Notes under the pieces: generated by a model
Seen by the model: the letters and a program-made list of their open reading frames with translations, nothing else
Told to the model about the DNA's origin: nothing
The model's database searches: none
Origin: Eledone cirrhosa
Lineage: Eukaryota
NCBI GenBank assembly: GCA_964016885.1
Contig: OZ024745.1
Coordinates: 126,480,001-126,544,000, forward strand
Reading direction: 5' to 3'
Length of the DNA: 64,000 bases
Part shown: positions 1-13,116 of the stretch, piece after piece
Position numbering within the stretch: position 1 is the stretch's first letter
How the letters are laid out: the number at the start of each line of letters is the position of its first letter
Position numbers and translations under genes: made by a program

Positions 1-26
1 TAATTGTACAAGATTAATAAATAATA

Positions 27-242
27 ATGATTTCTAATATAGGCACAAGGCCATCAATTTCGGGGGAGGGGAAAACCGATTAAATCGACCCCAGTGCGTG
101 ACTGGTACTTTATTTTATCGACCCCCGTAAGGATGAAAGGCAAAGTTAACTTCGGCTGGATTTGAACTCAGATCATTAAGGGCCGTAACTCTATGCTGCT
201 AAGCATGGCGTCCGACCCTTTACCGATACTGCCAATCCACTG
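27..242 (-). mobile_element. tRNA-derived SINE family 1 (central GCCTTTCATCCTTACGGGGTCGATAAAATAAAGTACCAG domain, Meta/MESC-like), near full length
   Basis: Reverse complement matches the + copies at 5899 and 63148: A-box-like TGGCAGTATCGG, B-box GAGTTCAAATCC, central domain, CCTTGTGCCTA..TAGAAA tail. A second 3'-truncated copy follows at about 265-402. Confidence 0.85.
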
Positions 243-499
243 CCCTGCAATGGTCCTAGTGTATTACTGGTACTTTATTTTATCGACCGCGTAAGGATGA
301 AAGGCAAAGTTAACCTCGGCGGGATTTGAACTCAGACCTTAATGGGCCGTAACTCTTTGCTGCAAAGCATGGCGTCAGACCCTCCACCGATACTGCCAAT
401 CCAACAATGCAACAGATAACGCTATTCGTTCTGATAATATAACGTTGGAAATTATTTCGGAACCTGTAATAAAAGCATGTATTTGCGGCAAATTAGTAG

Positions 500-745
500 A
501 GCCGATAAAACGTCGGACAGAATGCTTTGTGGTGTTCGTTTCGGCACTTTCTCAGCTCAGGGTTCAAATCCGAAGTCAACCTTCCTAACGTTCAACAATT
601 CGAGATCCTCACATGAGTTGATTCTTACTCTATATATCTTTCTCAATTTCTCTCTACTACTCTGTGTCCTGTTCTGGAAGAAATCAGCTATGTTTAGTCT
701 TGGTGAGAGGATGGTCTCTGTCAGTTTTATGAGTCCCTACATATT
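500..745 (+). mobile_element. Old SINE subfamily with alternative pyrimidine-rich/CTGGAAGAAAT tail
   Basis: Degenerate SINE head followed by a tail shared with 5250-5535, 18067-18385, 54345-54450 and 61245-61395. Confidence 0.55.
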
Positions 746-847
746 GTAAAAGCAAGTAGATGATTTTGTCCATGTTCGTTATCTTTCTTTCTTTAACAAG
801 TAATTTTTTGTATTATCATATAACAATCATATGAGATTAAATAGAAA

Positions 848-1125
848 TACAGTATAACCCTGGCATTCGCGGTCCCGGCTATTCGCAGAATTTTCCTTAG
901 AACCTAACTAATAATTGTTCGCGGAAATCACCGTATATTCGCCCGGTCCAAGAATCGAACTCACAACCTCAAGATTGTAAACCGAGGCTCAGAATATATA
1001 TATATATATAGTGTACCTGGCATATTCGCGGTATTTTCCTTAGAACCTAACTAATGATTGTTCGCGGAAATCACCGCATATTCGCCCGGTCCAAGAATCG
1101 ATCTCACAACCTCAAGATTGTAAGC
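848..1125. mobile_element. Tc1/mariner(Tigger)-like MITE pieces, locally duplicated
   Basis: Starts TACAGTATAACCC...ATTCGCGG. Blocks 890-980 and 1030-1122 are near-identical. A related piece at 2790-3087 ends CCGCGAATACCGCTGGATCAACTGT. Confidence 0.5.
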
Positions 1126-1159
1126 CCGACGCTCTGAATAAATATATATATATATATAT

Positions 1160-2408
1160 ACTAGCAGCTGAGCCCGGTTGCACCCGGGTCCACTTTTTAT
1201 TAAGTTAATAATTTTTAAAATATTTGAAAGTTTATTATAAAGAAGCAGTATCAGGGAAAATAATAGAAATATGCACTTGGGGCTGGACGGCGTACAATGA
1301 GAAGTGGGGCGACGTGAAAAAGCGTTGTTTATTAACAGCGAAATAGCAATGTCGACGATATGCAAGTTTGAAAATGCAGATTCTGAAGGTTTGTATGATA
1401 GTTTACACTTTGATTGCCCTGGTCAGCAAGAGAGGCCTCTATATATTAGACGTTTATTAGATGAGGGGGAAATAACTAACCCCAGTATTAGAACAGGGGG
1501 TTCGCAATGTAAGGGTTTTATTTCTTTTGTTAGAAAACAGTGACCTTTTTCGGTTTGGCATTTCGTAAAATTCTACTGCAGAATCGATTTCATAAAACGG
1601 TACTGTCTGATCGTTATAGAAGTATTTAAATTTAATATAGAGCAAACTGTAATTGAAAAATGAAAATGAAACGTACTGTAGAAGGCAACAGTTTATTAAC
1701 AGCGAAATAACGTTGTCTTTGATATGTTATTTTAAATAAGACAATGAATATTTTAAAAAAAACCTGAATTAATTAACTCGGCAACCAAAGGCTTATAGAT
1801 CCCATTCATTAAGTTTACATGCATGGATTCTTTAAACTTTTCATTTGACTTTGAAAAATACTATTTACTGTTAGTGGTGGTTAACATGTATTAGAATTAA
1901 AATAAAAATGATATCGGAAAAAACGTACCTTAGAACACGCGTCCCTTCTTCGCAATTTAAGGGTTTTATTTCTTTTGATGGAAAACAGTGACCGTTTTCG
2001 GTTTGGCATTTCGTAAAATGGTACTGCAGAATCGATTTCATAAAACGGTACTGTATGTTAACAGCGAAAGAACGTTGTTTGATATGTTATGAAAAAATTG
2101 ATGAGTTTAAAAATTTGTATGAAATTGTAAATAAGACAATGAATATTGAAAGCGACTACGGAAAATAACTCATCCAAGTATTAGAACAGGGGGAAATAAC
2201 TCACCGAAAGCGATAGTAAATAGACCGTTTTGGGGCCCTAGGGACCACATTTTTCAAGTTAGAGATTTGAAACCTCGTCTATTTGCTTCCTTGGCACTTT
2301 TTACATAGGTGTGTAAATTTTCATGTCCGTCCGACCACGTCTACTACCATTTAACCGTGCACGTCTGAATTTCAACCATCACCCATTTCACAAATATATA
2401 TTAGATAT
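1160..2408 (+). mobile_element. Non-autonomous Helentron/DINE-like rolling-circle element
   Basis: 5' ACTAGCAG..CCCGG-TTGCA-CCCGGG hairpin, internal duplications (1510-1605 vs 1959-2055), 3' end ...AATATATATTAGAT. Same termini as 31852-32358. Confidence 0.55.
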
Positions 2409-2648
2409 ATGCAGAGGTTATATTTAATTTGTTGGGATTCAACAAGCTTAAACATTTTTATAACTGATATAAAGCACTCAGCAAGTTTATTATATATATT
2501 TTATTATATAATAAACTTGTGGAGTGCTTTATATCAGTTATAAAAATTTTTTATATCACCCTCAAGTATCTCCACTATCCAGCGAATTTCAACCGTTGAG
2601 GTTGTCTTTTTTCCGGGTATGTCAATATTTATTTATAAAACAAATGTG

Positions 2649-2714
2649 TATTTTATCTGATGAAAGCGCACCATAATTTACCTTGGTCGCCCTTGAAATA
2701 TATATAATAAAATA
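2649..2714 (+). ncRNA. Type I hammerhead ribozyme motif, family A
   Basis: TATTTTAT / CTGATGA (2657-2663) / stem II ..GCACCA..TGGTCGC.. / GAAA (2695-2698) / palindromic ATATATAT stem III / UA site / ATAAAATA. Confidence 0.75.
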
Positions 2715-3189
2715 AATATGGTTTTATAAAAATAGTTTCCATTTATTAATATATTGTGTGTGTATATGTATATATATATATATATATATAGTGTACTCGC
2801 TGTATTTTCCTTAGAACCTAATTAATAATTGTTCGCGGTAACCAACGCATATTCGCGGAATGGTAAATATTATCTGCGACTTTTTAATGGGCTTTTTTCG
2901 TGGTAATATATATTTTTTCACGATTTTGAACGCTAAATTATTAATAACAATAAACCGTATTTGCCGGTCTGTATTTTTCGTTATGTTTATAGGCATTTTA
3001 ATGGACCACATCCAATATTCGCGGTTTTTCACTCTTCGCGGGTGCTCAAGGAACATAACCCCCGCGAATACCGCTGGATCAACTGTGTATATATATATAT
3101 TATATTATATTATATATATATATATATTCTTTTATATATATATATATAGTTTTGCGAGGTTTTTTATATGAAATCGTGTGTCGAAACAA

Positions 3190-3367
3190 ATATTGTTATA
3201 CTTGGGGAGGGTCATATTTGTGTAATATTGCCAGAATTAATAACAGAACAAACTCTTTTATAAAAGACATAGAAGCGAAAAGCGAAAACCAACCAAACAG
3301 TGAGTGTGTTCTGTTATTAATTCTGGCAATATTACACAAATATGACCCTCCCCAAGTATAACAATAT
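3190..3367. repeat. About 66-bp near-perfect inverted repeat (fold-back) next to (TA)n
   Basis: ATATTGTTATACTTGGGGAGGGTC...AACAGAACA (3190-3255) vs reverse complement at 3302-3367. The same arm recurs at 51249-51298 and 51716-51760. Confidence 0.9.
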
Positions 3368-3390
3368 ATATATATATATATATATATTAA

Positions 3391-3490
3391 TGGCTTCTAC
3401 AGGACTAGAACTGTTTCATTCGGGAGAAATCATTCTGCTATGCATTGAGTACCTTACTTACTGTGGTTACCCCCGACTGAACCCAGGATA
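3391..3490 (-). mobile_element. HHR family B fragment (5'-truncated) fused to an inverted tail fragment
   Basis: RC reads ..ATGATTTCTCCCGAAT GAAA CAG TTCTAGTC CTG TA GAAGCC. 3435-3487 matches the family B tail in the opposite orientation. (TA)n on both sides. Confidence 0.65.
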
Positions 3491-3491
3491 A

Positions 3492-3524
<33 letters not shown>

Positions 3525-4004
3525 CAATTAATGATAAACATATTATGTCAACTATATTTTACAAAAAGAAGTTGGAAATTATACAATGATGGAAATATGA
3601 AAAATAAAAATAAAAACAAAAGTAAGTAATAAAAAGAGAAGGAAGGGGTAAAGAAGACAGATCTGGCTGTATAGGAACTGGTTAGTAATACGAGACGAAT
3701 AGCTGCGAGAAAATTCAGGTAACTGAGTTAAAGATTAATTAAATATAATGTTGACAAAATTCAAAGTGCCATGTATCCTGCTTTAGTGTATCTGTCAAAG
3801 CCATTGATATTTGCATCACACCGTGATGTTATTATTCCGCTGGCACCACTTCAATATTACTAGTGGTGACATATTGTTTCTAAAGTGCAAAATAGTAACG
3901 TAATAGTGAAATACGAAACGATTCTTCGTTTTGTTATTTATTTTATCTCTCACACGTGGTGTTGATATATGCTGACTAAGAGAGAGGAGAGAGACAGACG
4001 TGTG

Positions 4005-4054
<50 letters not shown>

Positions 4055-4489
4055 TATATATATATATATCTTTATACAATGGAATAATGTTATCAAAAAC
4101 GGATTCTCGGTATAAAGTACATGATTGGTTAGTGCATATTTGCTATCAACTAAGTCTCAAAACATATGTTAGGAAATCTAAAGATATGCATTTCCATGCA
4201 TGTGGGCTTGGTTAATGCATTTGTTTTTATTAGTTGAATCACCGTTGTTGTGCATATAGCAATGTTGACGAAGTGGCTTTTAAGTGCAATATAATGTTGA
4301 TTTACATCATCATCTATACAAACTCTACCCATTGACGTATTTCTTCATTTCCATCAGGATACAGAATTAACCAATGAAAATACCGCTGATAAACTGTACT
4401 TCCAAGTTTTTTTTTTATTTCTGAACTTCAACATTGTGTCCTTCCTTCGTTAGATCATGTACCGGACAAAAATATTACATCACCAGTAC

Positions 4490-4660
4490 TGATTGGCAGT
4501 ATGGTAGAAGGTCGGATGCCATGCTTTGCAGCATAGAGTTACGGCCCTTTACGATCTGAGTTCAAATCCCGCCGAGGTTAACTTTGCCTTTCATCCTTAC
4601 GGGGTCGATAAAATAAAGTACCAGTAATACTGGCCTTGTGCCAAAGGTAGAAACAATTAT
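4490..4660 (+). mobile_element. SINE family 1 copy
   Basis: Head, central domain and tail match the consensus. Confidence 0.85.
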
Positions 4661-4792
4661 TTACGTGTTTTAACGTTCAGAAATTAACAACTTACTCTCG
4701 GGACCCCCTTCGTTAGATCATGTACCGGACAAAAATATTACATCTCCAGTACTGGTATTATTTACATGTTTTAACGTTCATAAACTACAAAC

Positions 4793-5108
4793 TTACTCTC
4801 GGGTCCCAAATAATAGGGGGTGGGGGAATAAGCGACGGTTGGGGGGGGGGGGGGGTGATTGTATAGTGTACGTTCGTAAATATGGGATTTCTTGTAATGT
4901 TCTTTTTTTTTGTCATAATATGTGGGTGGTTTTAAATGTAAAATAAAGTTATTAAATTCTCCAGCTGCTGCATCAATCTGAACAACTTAAAATAAAATTT
5001 CGCCGGAGATAGATGAGCAAAATTTAATAAGCAAAGTGGGGTGTGGAAAAAAATCTGAAAAATCAATAAGCGGGGTGGGTTGGAGGATTATTCAGGACCT
5101 GAGAGTAC
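4793..5108. mobile_element. pogo/Tc1-like MITE
   Basis: TIRs TACTCTCGGGTCC ... GGACCTGAGAGTA with TA flanks. Homologous copy at 45944-46228. Confidence 0.65.
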
Positions 5109-5627
5109 TTCCGAAAACAATTAGACAAGTCCATTCCTCTGAACTCATATTTTTATTGTTTTGATATTTACAGGATTTTAAAATATTTACCTAGAAAATA
5201 CGTCCATCAATTTGAATGTCATTTATTTTTTATTCTTTTACAAATGAGAAAATGGCGACGAATCGACAAAGTCGCTAGAACACCGGATTAAAGCCCTGCA
5301 CTAAAAACCAGCTGAAACCAATTTGGCTTATTATCCTCTTGAGGTCGATAAAAAAAAGTACTGAGGTCGATTCGTACTCTATATGTCTTCATTTCTTCTC
5401 TTTCTCTCTTTCTCTCCTTCCCTGGAAGAAATCGGCTGTGTTCAGGCCTGGGGAGGAGTTGGTCTCTGCCAGGTTTAAGATGCCCAGGAAGCGTGGTATT
5501 CCACTACGGCACTCAGGATTTACGGATCCATACACATATTTACTCTTGGAAAACAAAAAAAAGGAGATAGCTTTAAGTACTACATAAAGCATGTACAGAA
5601 TAAAGCGTGTAAACACATTACATAAAA

Positions 5628-5800
5628 TAATTGTTTCTACTTTAGGCACAAGGCCAGCAATTTGAAGGGGAGGGGAAAGTCGACCCCGTAAGGATGAAAG
5701 GCAAAGTTAACCTCTGTGGGTATGAACTCAGAACGTAAAGGGCCGTAATTCTATGTTGCGAAGCATTTGGTCCGACGCTCTACCAATTCTGCCAATCCAC
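5628..5800 (-). mobile_element. SINE family 1 copy (internal deletion)
   Basis: Reverse-complement match to the consensus. Confidence 0.8.
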
Positions 5801-5897
5801 ATTAGATAATATAATAATTTCTACCCAGAAAGCATATAAATATATGTAATCATTTCCAAACCGTCTTTGGTAATGTGGTATTATTTATTTGTTTAGT

Positions 5898-6086
5898 GGG
5901 CGGTGGATTGGCAGTATCGGTAGAGGGTCGGACGCCATGCTTTCCAGCATAGTTACGTCCCTTTACGATCTGAGTTCAAATCCCACCGAGGTTGACTTTG
6001 CCTTTCATCCTTACGGGGTCGATAAAATAAAGTACCAGTAATGAACTGGGTAATTGCTGGCCTTGTGCCTAAAGTAGAAACAATTA
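5898..6086 (+). mobile_element. Young full-length SINE family 1 copy with TSD
   Basis: Flanked by direct repeat ATTTATTTGTTTAGT. Differs from 63148-63335 at only about 2 positions by eye. Confidence 0.9.
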
Positions 6087-6554
6087 TTTATTTGTTTAGT
6101 TCTAAGTCAACGTTGATCAAGCAACCAAGCAAATACAATGATAAAATGTATTGCAGCGAAAACCATCCTATCTTTTTAAGGTTATGTGGGACTGTATTAT
6201 CTAATGGATTCTCTCCTTATATTAGACGTTAGAGTGTGGTATACAAGATATTTAGCTACCATTTTAGCTGGTCGAGCAACTACGTAGATGTTTGTTAAAT
6301 CATCTACATTTTGGGGGCTCTATGTACAACAGAAAATCAAGAGTTATGTAAACGTCATTAATTTTCAAGGGTATTGAATTGATAGAATGTGTTGCGATAT
6401 TTATTCCGCTTATGCCGATTCTGAGTTCAAATTTCCTATCACGGTAAAAATGTTGACTTGACAGGTCTCAGTGAAAAGACGGAAGCTAGCCTGGTATGGT
6501 ATATACAATATATACTTAGAATTGTAATTCCATAGCTAGATAATGAACACAGCC

Positions 6555-6775
6555 ACAAGGATATGGTCCGAACGTGGAAGAGCTGAACTCCATCTCCCTC
6601 GCCCTCCCCATCTCTCTGTATGGTGAGCAAATGGGGTCCCACGTGCTGGCCTCCCCACAGCCCTGTCGGACAGAATGGAGAAGGCGTTTCCCCGGAGGAT
6701 TGTAAGGCAGTGACGGATCTTATGCCTCTGTTGTTAAAACACCCAAGACTCCTCATGAGAGATGCAGCCTCACAC
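6555..6775 (-). mobile_element. CRE-like non-LTR retrotransposon 3' fragment
   Basis: Homologous to 28535-28880 (AAGGATATGGTCCGAACGTGGAAGAGC..., ..ILRGNAFSIL frame). Confidence 0.65.
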
Positions 6776-7059
6776 GAGCCTGACTAAAACTATGCAGATG
6801 TGTACCGTAACAACAGCAACAAAAACAACTATTTCATAGAATATATCAACATTTTGTTGTAAGTTAAATTTTTGGTGCTCCATGATAATTATTTTCGACG
6901 CTTTTTTTCGGAATCAGACATTTTGAACATAAAGGAAGGTTTCTACGGTAAGTGGGGCAGTTGCCTAAAGTATTGCATGCTAGGAAGCATCATATAGTGT
7001 ATTTATAAGGAGGAAATCAATCGAATCGATCGATAAGATCCCAGAACTCATTTGCTTAC

Positions 7060-7262
7060 CGAGAGGGGTGGAACTCGTCAAGTGGGACCAGGGAAACAAT
7101 GTTTCCATTGTTCTTTCCATTGCTGATACTATCTATCGGTTGCAACTCCTGGCAGAAGGAGCAACGTGAAATAAAGGACATAACTGATCATCCAGTCCGG
7201 GAATCGAACTCGCAGCTTCATGATTGCAAATCTAATTCTCTAACCACTAAGCCACGCACCTT
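7060..7262 (-). mobile_element. SINE family 2 (GCGTGGCTTAGTGGTT...GAGTTCGATTCC tRNA head)
   Basis: Pol III A/B boxes on the minus strand. Body shared with 12738-12910, 26370-26595 and 52560-52778. Confidence 0.75.
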
Positions 7263-7864
7263 AAGGAGTGAATACGAAATTAGTAAATAAACCGGAATAA
7301 AAATTAAATATGAAAATACACGAATGTTTCTGATTTTGTTTTAATGTGTTGCGTAAGTGTGGTGATGGATTGGCAGAATTGGAAGCGCAGCGGATGAAAT
7401 GGTATCATAGCATTTGTTCTGGCTCTTTACATTTTATGTTCAAATACCGTCAGGGTCAACTTACCCTTTCATCGTTCCAGGTTGATAAACTAACGTACCA
7501 GTTATGTACAGGGTTTATTTTATCTATTTTCCTCTTCTACAAACATTTGCTGGTCTTGTGCCTAAATTACAATGTAATATGTTACGGAGGTGAATATAGA
7601 AGGGCAAGCTATTAGCGGTAGGAGTCATCTAGCTTGGGCATTGAGAAATTCATTCAATTTTCAGTCGAATGTGTAAATTAATAGAGTTCCAGTTAAATGC
7701 TACTTTCCAAGACCCTCATTTCTTATAAATTAATTGACCCCGCAAGGTTTGAGACAGCAACTTCCATTATGAGGTGAAAGAAAGGTCAGACTCCATACCT
7801 TTGATCGGGAATAATGAGGTAAAGGAAATAAAATTGATAATCTGTTAAATGTAAACTCAAAGTA

Positions 7865-8084
7865 TTGCTAATTACAAGCAAAGGATTATATGAAACTTTA
7901 GTTGATTTTCTGATAGAGAGGAAGCTAAAGTTTCATAACTGCAGTGGTCAGAGCTATGACAATAGTTCGAATATGAAGAATATTCTGAAGAGGATCAAGT
8001 GTAGATCAAAAGGAAAATCTACGAGCGTTATACCACGCAGATGTCATAACCTAAACTAATTAGTTGGTCATAATATACGCTGCA

Positions 8085-8124
<40 letters not shown>

Positions 8125-8540
8125 CTCTCTCTCTCTCTGTAGTTGTTTCTACTGTCCACCGTTTGTATGTTTTGTTTTCAGCCTCTCCTGGGTTATTTCA
8201 TATACAGTAATAAACAAATATTAAATACTTCATTACAAAACTTTTATGTGAGACTAGATGGGAGTGTAGATAAGATTGTGTCAAAGCCATTAAATATGAA
8301 ATTATAAGAATTCAGGAAGCTGTTTATGAACTTTCAGGAATGACTGCTTCAGATTCTCCATTGCGACATGAATTAGAGACTAATATATCATACAGAGAGG
8401 CAATGAATGTTTGGTATGACAAAATAACAGTTGTCAGCAAAACTATGCCGATGTTCTCTGTGGAAATGTTTACTCATGAATGTAAAATGTCACTAATTAC
8501 TTAATTGATTATCGTGAAATTAGGTTAAAATCAACAAAAG
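7865..8540 (+). pseudogene. hAT transposase relic (ZMYM/hAT-type), interrupted by (CT)n
   Basis: Motifs GQSYDNSSNM and P..CHNLN. After the microsatellite: KLLCETRWECR*DCVKAIKYE (TRW motif). Stops and frameshifts present. Confidence 0.75.
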
Positions 8541-8649
8541 AATCAGCTATAGAATGAGATATATAATCTTATTTTAAAACAAATGTAGGGTAGCTTGAAT
8601 ATAAATGCATTGGCGAGGTTCTAAATACAGAAAGAACACTTATAATAAT

Positions 8650-8842
8650 CCAGTAATTTGGGAGGAGAGGAAAGTCGATTAAATCGACCCCAATACGCTA
8701 CTGGTACTATATTTTATCGATCCCGTAAGGATGAAAGGCAACGTTAACCTTGGCGGGATTTAAACTCAGAACGTAAAGGGCCATAACTCTATATGGCAAA
8801 GCATGGTCTCTGACGCTCTACCGATACTGCCATTCCACCGCC
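8650..8842 (-). mobile_element. SINE family 1 copy
   Basis: Reverse-complement match. Confidence 0.8.
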
Positions 8843-9024
8843 TTTATAATATAACACGCAATAATGCTATTAATTGCATATAAGAGACATTTAAACCGTT
8901 ACAGAGTGTCAATGACATACAGAATTTTCGGATACCGTAATAGATTAGCTAGATATAAATAGAGATATTATCACATCAATGTTTTTTTAGTATTAGTTAA
9001 CCTGGATAATAGTAATATTAGTGT

Positions 9025-9326
9025 AGGGGTGTGCAACATATTACATTAGCGGGCCACTTTTGAACATTGGAACAACTATTAGGGCCATTAATATTTATTA
9101 AGCACTATTCCAAAGATTCACCACAACTTCTTTCCATAACATGGAACTGAGAAATTATAACACACATAACCCTATCAGTGAAGCCCTTTAGTATAGTTCA
9201 ACTAACAGAAAATTGTATTACGGTTACGAAAAAAATTCTAAATAACCTTACAAGGTAAAAATTAAAAACTCTGACTGGTGTGGCGGGCTAGATTGTGGCC
9301 GCGGGCCGCCTGTTTTACGCCCCTAA
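9025..9326. mobile_element. hAT (Charlie-like) MITE
   Basis: TIR-like TAGGGGTGTGCAAC ... GTTTTACGCCCCTA and subterminal GCGGGCC motifs. Homologous to 37059-37855. Confidence 0.7.
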
Positions 9327-9944
9327 TCTAAGAAATATCATATCCATGACATACGAAAAATTTCATACCAAAGACTAGGTTTCCTCTTAGGCGTCAGCTT
9401 TATAAATGTCTATAGAAACCATTCGTTACATCTAGGGGAAAATAACGACACGTTTCAGATTTTCCCTCACCCACTTGTCCTCCACTTTGTGTTTTTAACA
9501 ACAATATGTCATTGCCAAGGTTGGATTTAGACCGTGGGGGATCCAGGGCACTTCAGGTTTGGCGCCTGGTAAACATCCTTACGGGTTTGATAAAATAAAG
9601 TATCAGTAATGCATTGGATAATTGCTGGCCTCGTGCCAAAAGTAGAAACAATTAATATTAACATTAGGTTTATAGGTTTACAATCAAAAGATTATATACA
9701 ATAGATATAGACTTATTCTTAAATCAAAAGAATAAGAGAAAGAACAAATTTCTCCAAATATCATACTTGACGACCCAATAATTGAAAAGCTGGAGTTGAA
9801 TGAAATGGTAAGATAGAGAAAGAGATTCTATAAATAATTGAGTAGAAAAATAACAGAAAAAGTCATTTCGTAGAGGTGGCCACTTGTTTGAATCTAAGGC
9901 TTCACCCATTCCATCCTTATAGCTTATTCTTTGTATCACGTCCT

Positions 9945-10500
<556 letters not shown>

Positions 10501-10934
10501 ATCAGTTGGTTTGGGAAGCCACTACAATACAGAAGCCATGACAAGAATGACAATATAAGGAAGGAAGAGCGAAGTGACGAAAGAGGCAATTCGAATATTA
10601 CCTGCGAAATATCTAATATGTCCTCTCATATTTCACGGGTAACACCTCCTTTATTTCTTCTCCTTTGTTTCTTTTTTTCCTTTTCTTTTTCCTCTCAATT
10701 GTTTCTGACTTTGTGAATTCAATATTCAAAGCTCAATTTACATTGTATTGGCTTCCAAAACTATCTTCTTTTCTTATATTACACAATGCTTCAAGCAGAC
10801 AGTAATTTTATAAGTATATGTTCACTGTAAACTTCACTTCTAATATATATATATAGTGTCGGTTGTCACAAACAGTCATGACCGGCATGGGCTGGTGTTT
10901 GGATTCTGTCGATTGATTGGTTATCGATTAGGCG

Positions 10935-11050
10935 ATACCCGCTGATGAAGCCGCATAAGCCGACTGTCCATTGTTGCATAATATATGCCGACGGACGGTG
11001 CAGTGCACCTTACTGCTGCATTAGTGTGGCCGAAACTCGAGTCTAGGAAC
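10935..11050 (+). ncRNA. Hammerhead motif family C with extended stem II
   Basis: CTGATGA 10942-10948; stem II GCCGC...GTGGC enclosing about 70 nt; GAAA 11032-11035; palindromic ACTCGAGT stem III; GUC site. Stem I pairing is weak. Confidence 0.6.
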
Positions 11051-11198
11051 TACTATAGGTACCCGTTTTACGTGTGTTGTATTGAAGCGAATAACTATGT
11101 GTATACTCTGGGAATGTACCTTACATTGCCCATGGAGTACGCTGAGAAACAACCGGTCATGGCAGTGATAAATATGCTGGGTCCGTCAACTCCTTATC

Positions 11199-11273
<75 letters not shown>

Positions 11274-11379
11274 GCCTGCATGGTCCCGTAACTCATGATG
11301 GAGTCGTAGGAGACCTGTATTGACATACGACGTTTCTACGGCATTTTTAAACCTTGCGAATCCGAATCCTCTCCATATA

Positions 11380-12085
11380 TATATCTTGTCTCTAACGCGA
11401 AGAAATACCTATGATTCCTAGCAGAAAACTGACGATGGATATTACCCTCTTTCGCCCGTAACCTTTATTTTAATTATATTTAATTGCAACCACAAAGTTC
11501 GCTATTTTATTCATATAAGTTTCCTTCTTTGCTGTGACCCGTCTCTTTTCTTTCCCCTTGTTGCTATCCTCTCTCTCCCCCTTCTCTCTCCCTCCCCATC
11601 TTAATTTCGCCCACCTCCTCTGCTAGTCTCCTTCTCTCGGCTAGCCTGCCACTATCTCTTTCTCGCTTCCTCTTACTTTCACTCACTCCCTCTCTGGTAG
11701 TCACCCTCTCTCCGCTAGCTTACTTCCTCCCTCGTCTGCCACTGTAAGCAGTCTCTTCTCTCGCTCACACTGCTACAGTGAAGACGTTTCTTTTTTCTCT
11801 CGTCAAACTCGCCAGATCTTATCTTCGAAATGAGTTGTTGACTTGATATTTTTCTTCTCTTTATGTTGCTTCACCCTCGTGTCTGTTTACATTTTTTTTT
11901 CTCTCTACCCCCCCCCCCTTTTTTTATCCCAATAACTTATTTTAGTTATTGTTCGCCCTAGGCTGAGGTATCTTGTTTCTAACGCGAAGAAATACCTATG
12001 ATTCCTAGCAGACAACTGACGATGGTGATTACCCTCTTTCGCCCGTAACTTTTATTTTCACCGAAGGGTGGTTTTCTGCTAGCAT
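11380..12085 (+). mobile_element. Direct-repeat-bounded non-coding element with HHR-like core in each repeat (retrozyme/pLTR-like)
   Basis: About 90-bp direct repeats (11380-11470, 11968-12058) each carry CTAGCAGA.AA-CTGACGA. The second continues TCACC-GAAG..TTTTCTGCTAG. The interior is pyrimidine-rich. Confidence 0.55.
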
Positions 12086-12453
12086 GTGTAGTGTGTATAT
12101 TGATATTATACGCAAGTATATATACATGTAGATATGATACATCAAATAAAATCGTAAATGACAATATACACAGAAATTGAACGAAACTGCGTTACACTGT
12201 CTTATGTAATCAGTAACGTAATCCATGATACATTAAAAAAAGACGATATTATATATAATCTGCATTAGGAGAAAATTAGTGACGGAAATATATAAATGTT
12301 TATTTAAGCGATCGCTAACCGGAAGTGTTGACATTTGAAAATTTTAAAGAAGTGAATCTTAAAAAATAAGCAACAAAATTATTTATATTTAATCAAGAAT
12401 AACGAAATTTAGTAGATAAATTATGTAATATTCATTCATTATTTATTCAAAGT

Positions 12454-12633
12454 ATTGGCAGTATCGGTAGAGGGTCGGACGCCATGCTTTGACGCATAGA
12501 GTTACGGCCCTTGCCATTCTGAGTTCAAATCCCGCCGAGGTTAACTTTGCCTTTCATCCTTACGGGGTCGATAAAATAAAGTACCAGTAATGTACTGGTA
12601 ATTGCTGGCCTTGTGCCTAAAGTAGAAACAATT
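12454..12633 (+). mobile_element. SINE family 1 copy with TSD ATTTATTCAAAGTA
   Basis: Consensus match, flanking direct repeat. Confidence 0.9.
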
Positions 12634-13116
12634 ATTTATTCAAAGTAATCCAACTTATTTTACAAACGGGATAAAAAAAAAAAGATTCTGGACGCAGTCC
12701 CGCATTCCTTACTTTATTTATATATATATATATATATGAGGTTGTGAGTTCGATTCCTGGAACGGGTGATGCGTTATATCCTTCAGCAAGTCACTTTATT
12801 TCACGTTGCTCCTTCTACCTGGAGTTGCGACCGATAGATAGTATTAGAAATTGGAAAAACCAACGGAAACATTGTTTCCTCGGTCCGATTTGACGAAAGT
12901 CGATCGACTGCCGATATATATATATATTTACATTTTAGTACAAAATATAGTACACAGAACTAGTAGTGGGGGGGGGGGGGTCTCTATACAAGATATTTTA
13001 GGATGTTTATTGGGAGCTGAATTTATTTTAACTTTTGCACTTCTCCTTTAAAGTATTATCAAATCCCACTGAGCCTTAGATGGGCTATATATACAAAACA
13101 TACATTATCAGAAATA

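Noticed and set aside
5898-5990. tRNA gene-like A/B boxes (here and in other SINE heads)
   Set aside because: No cloverleaf with a valid anticodon arm; they continue into SINE bodies.
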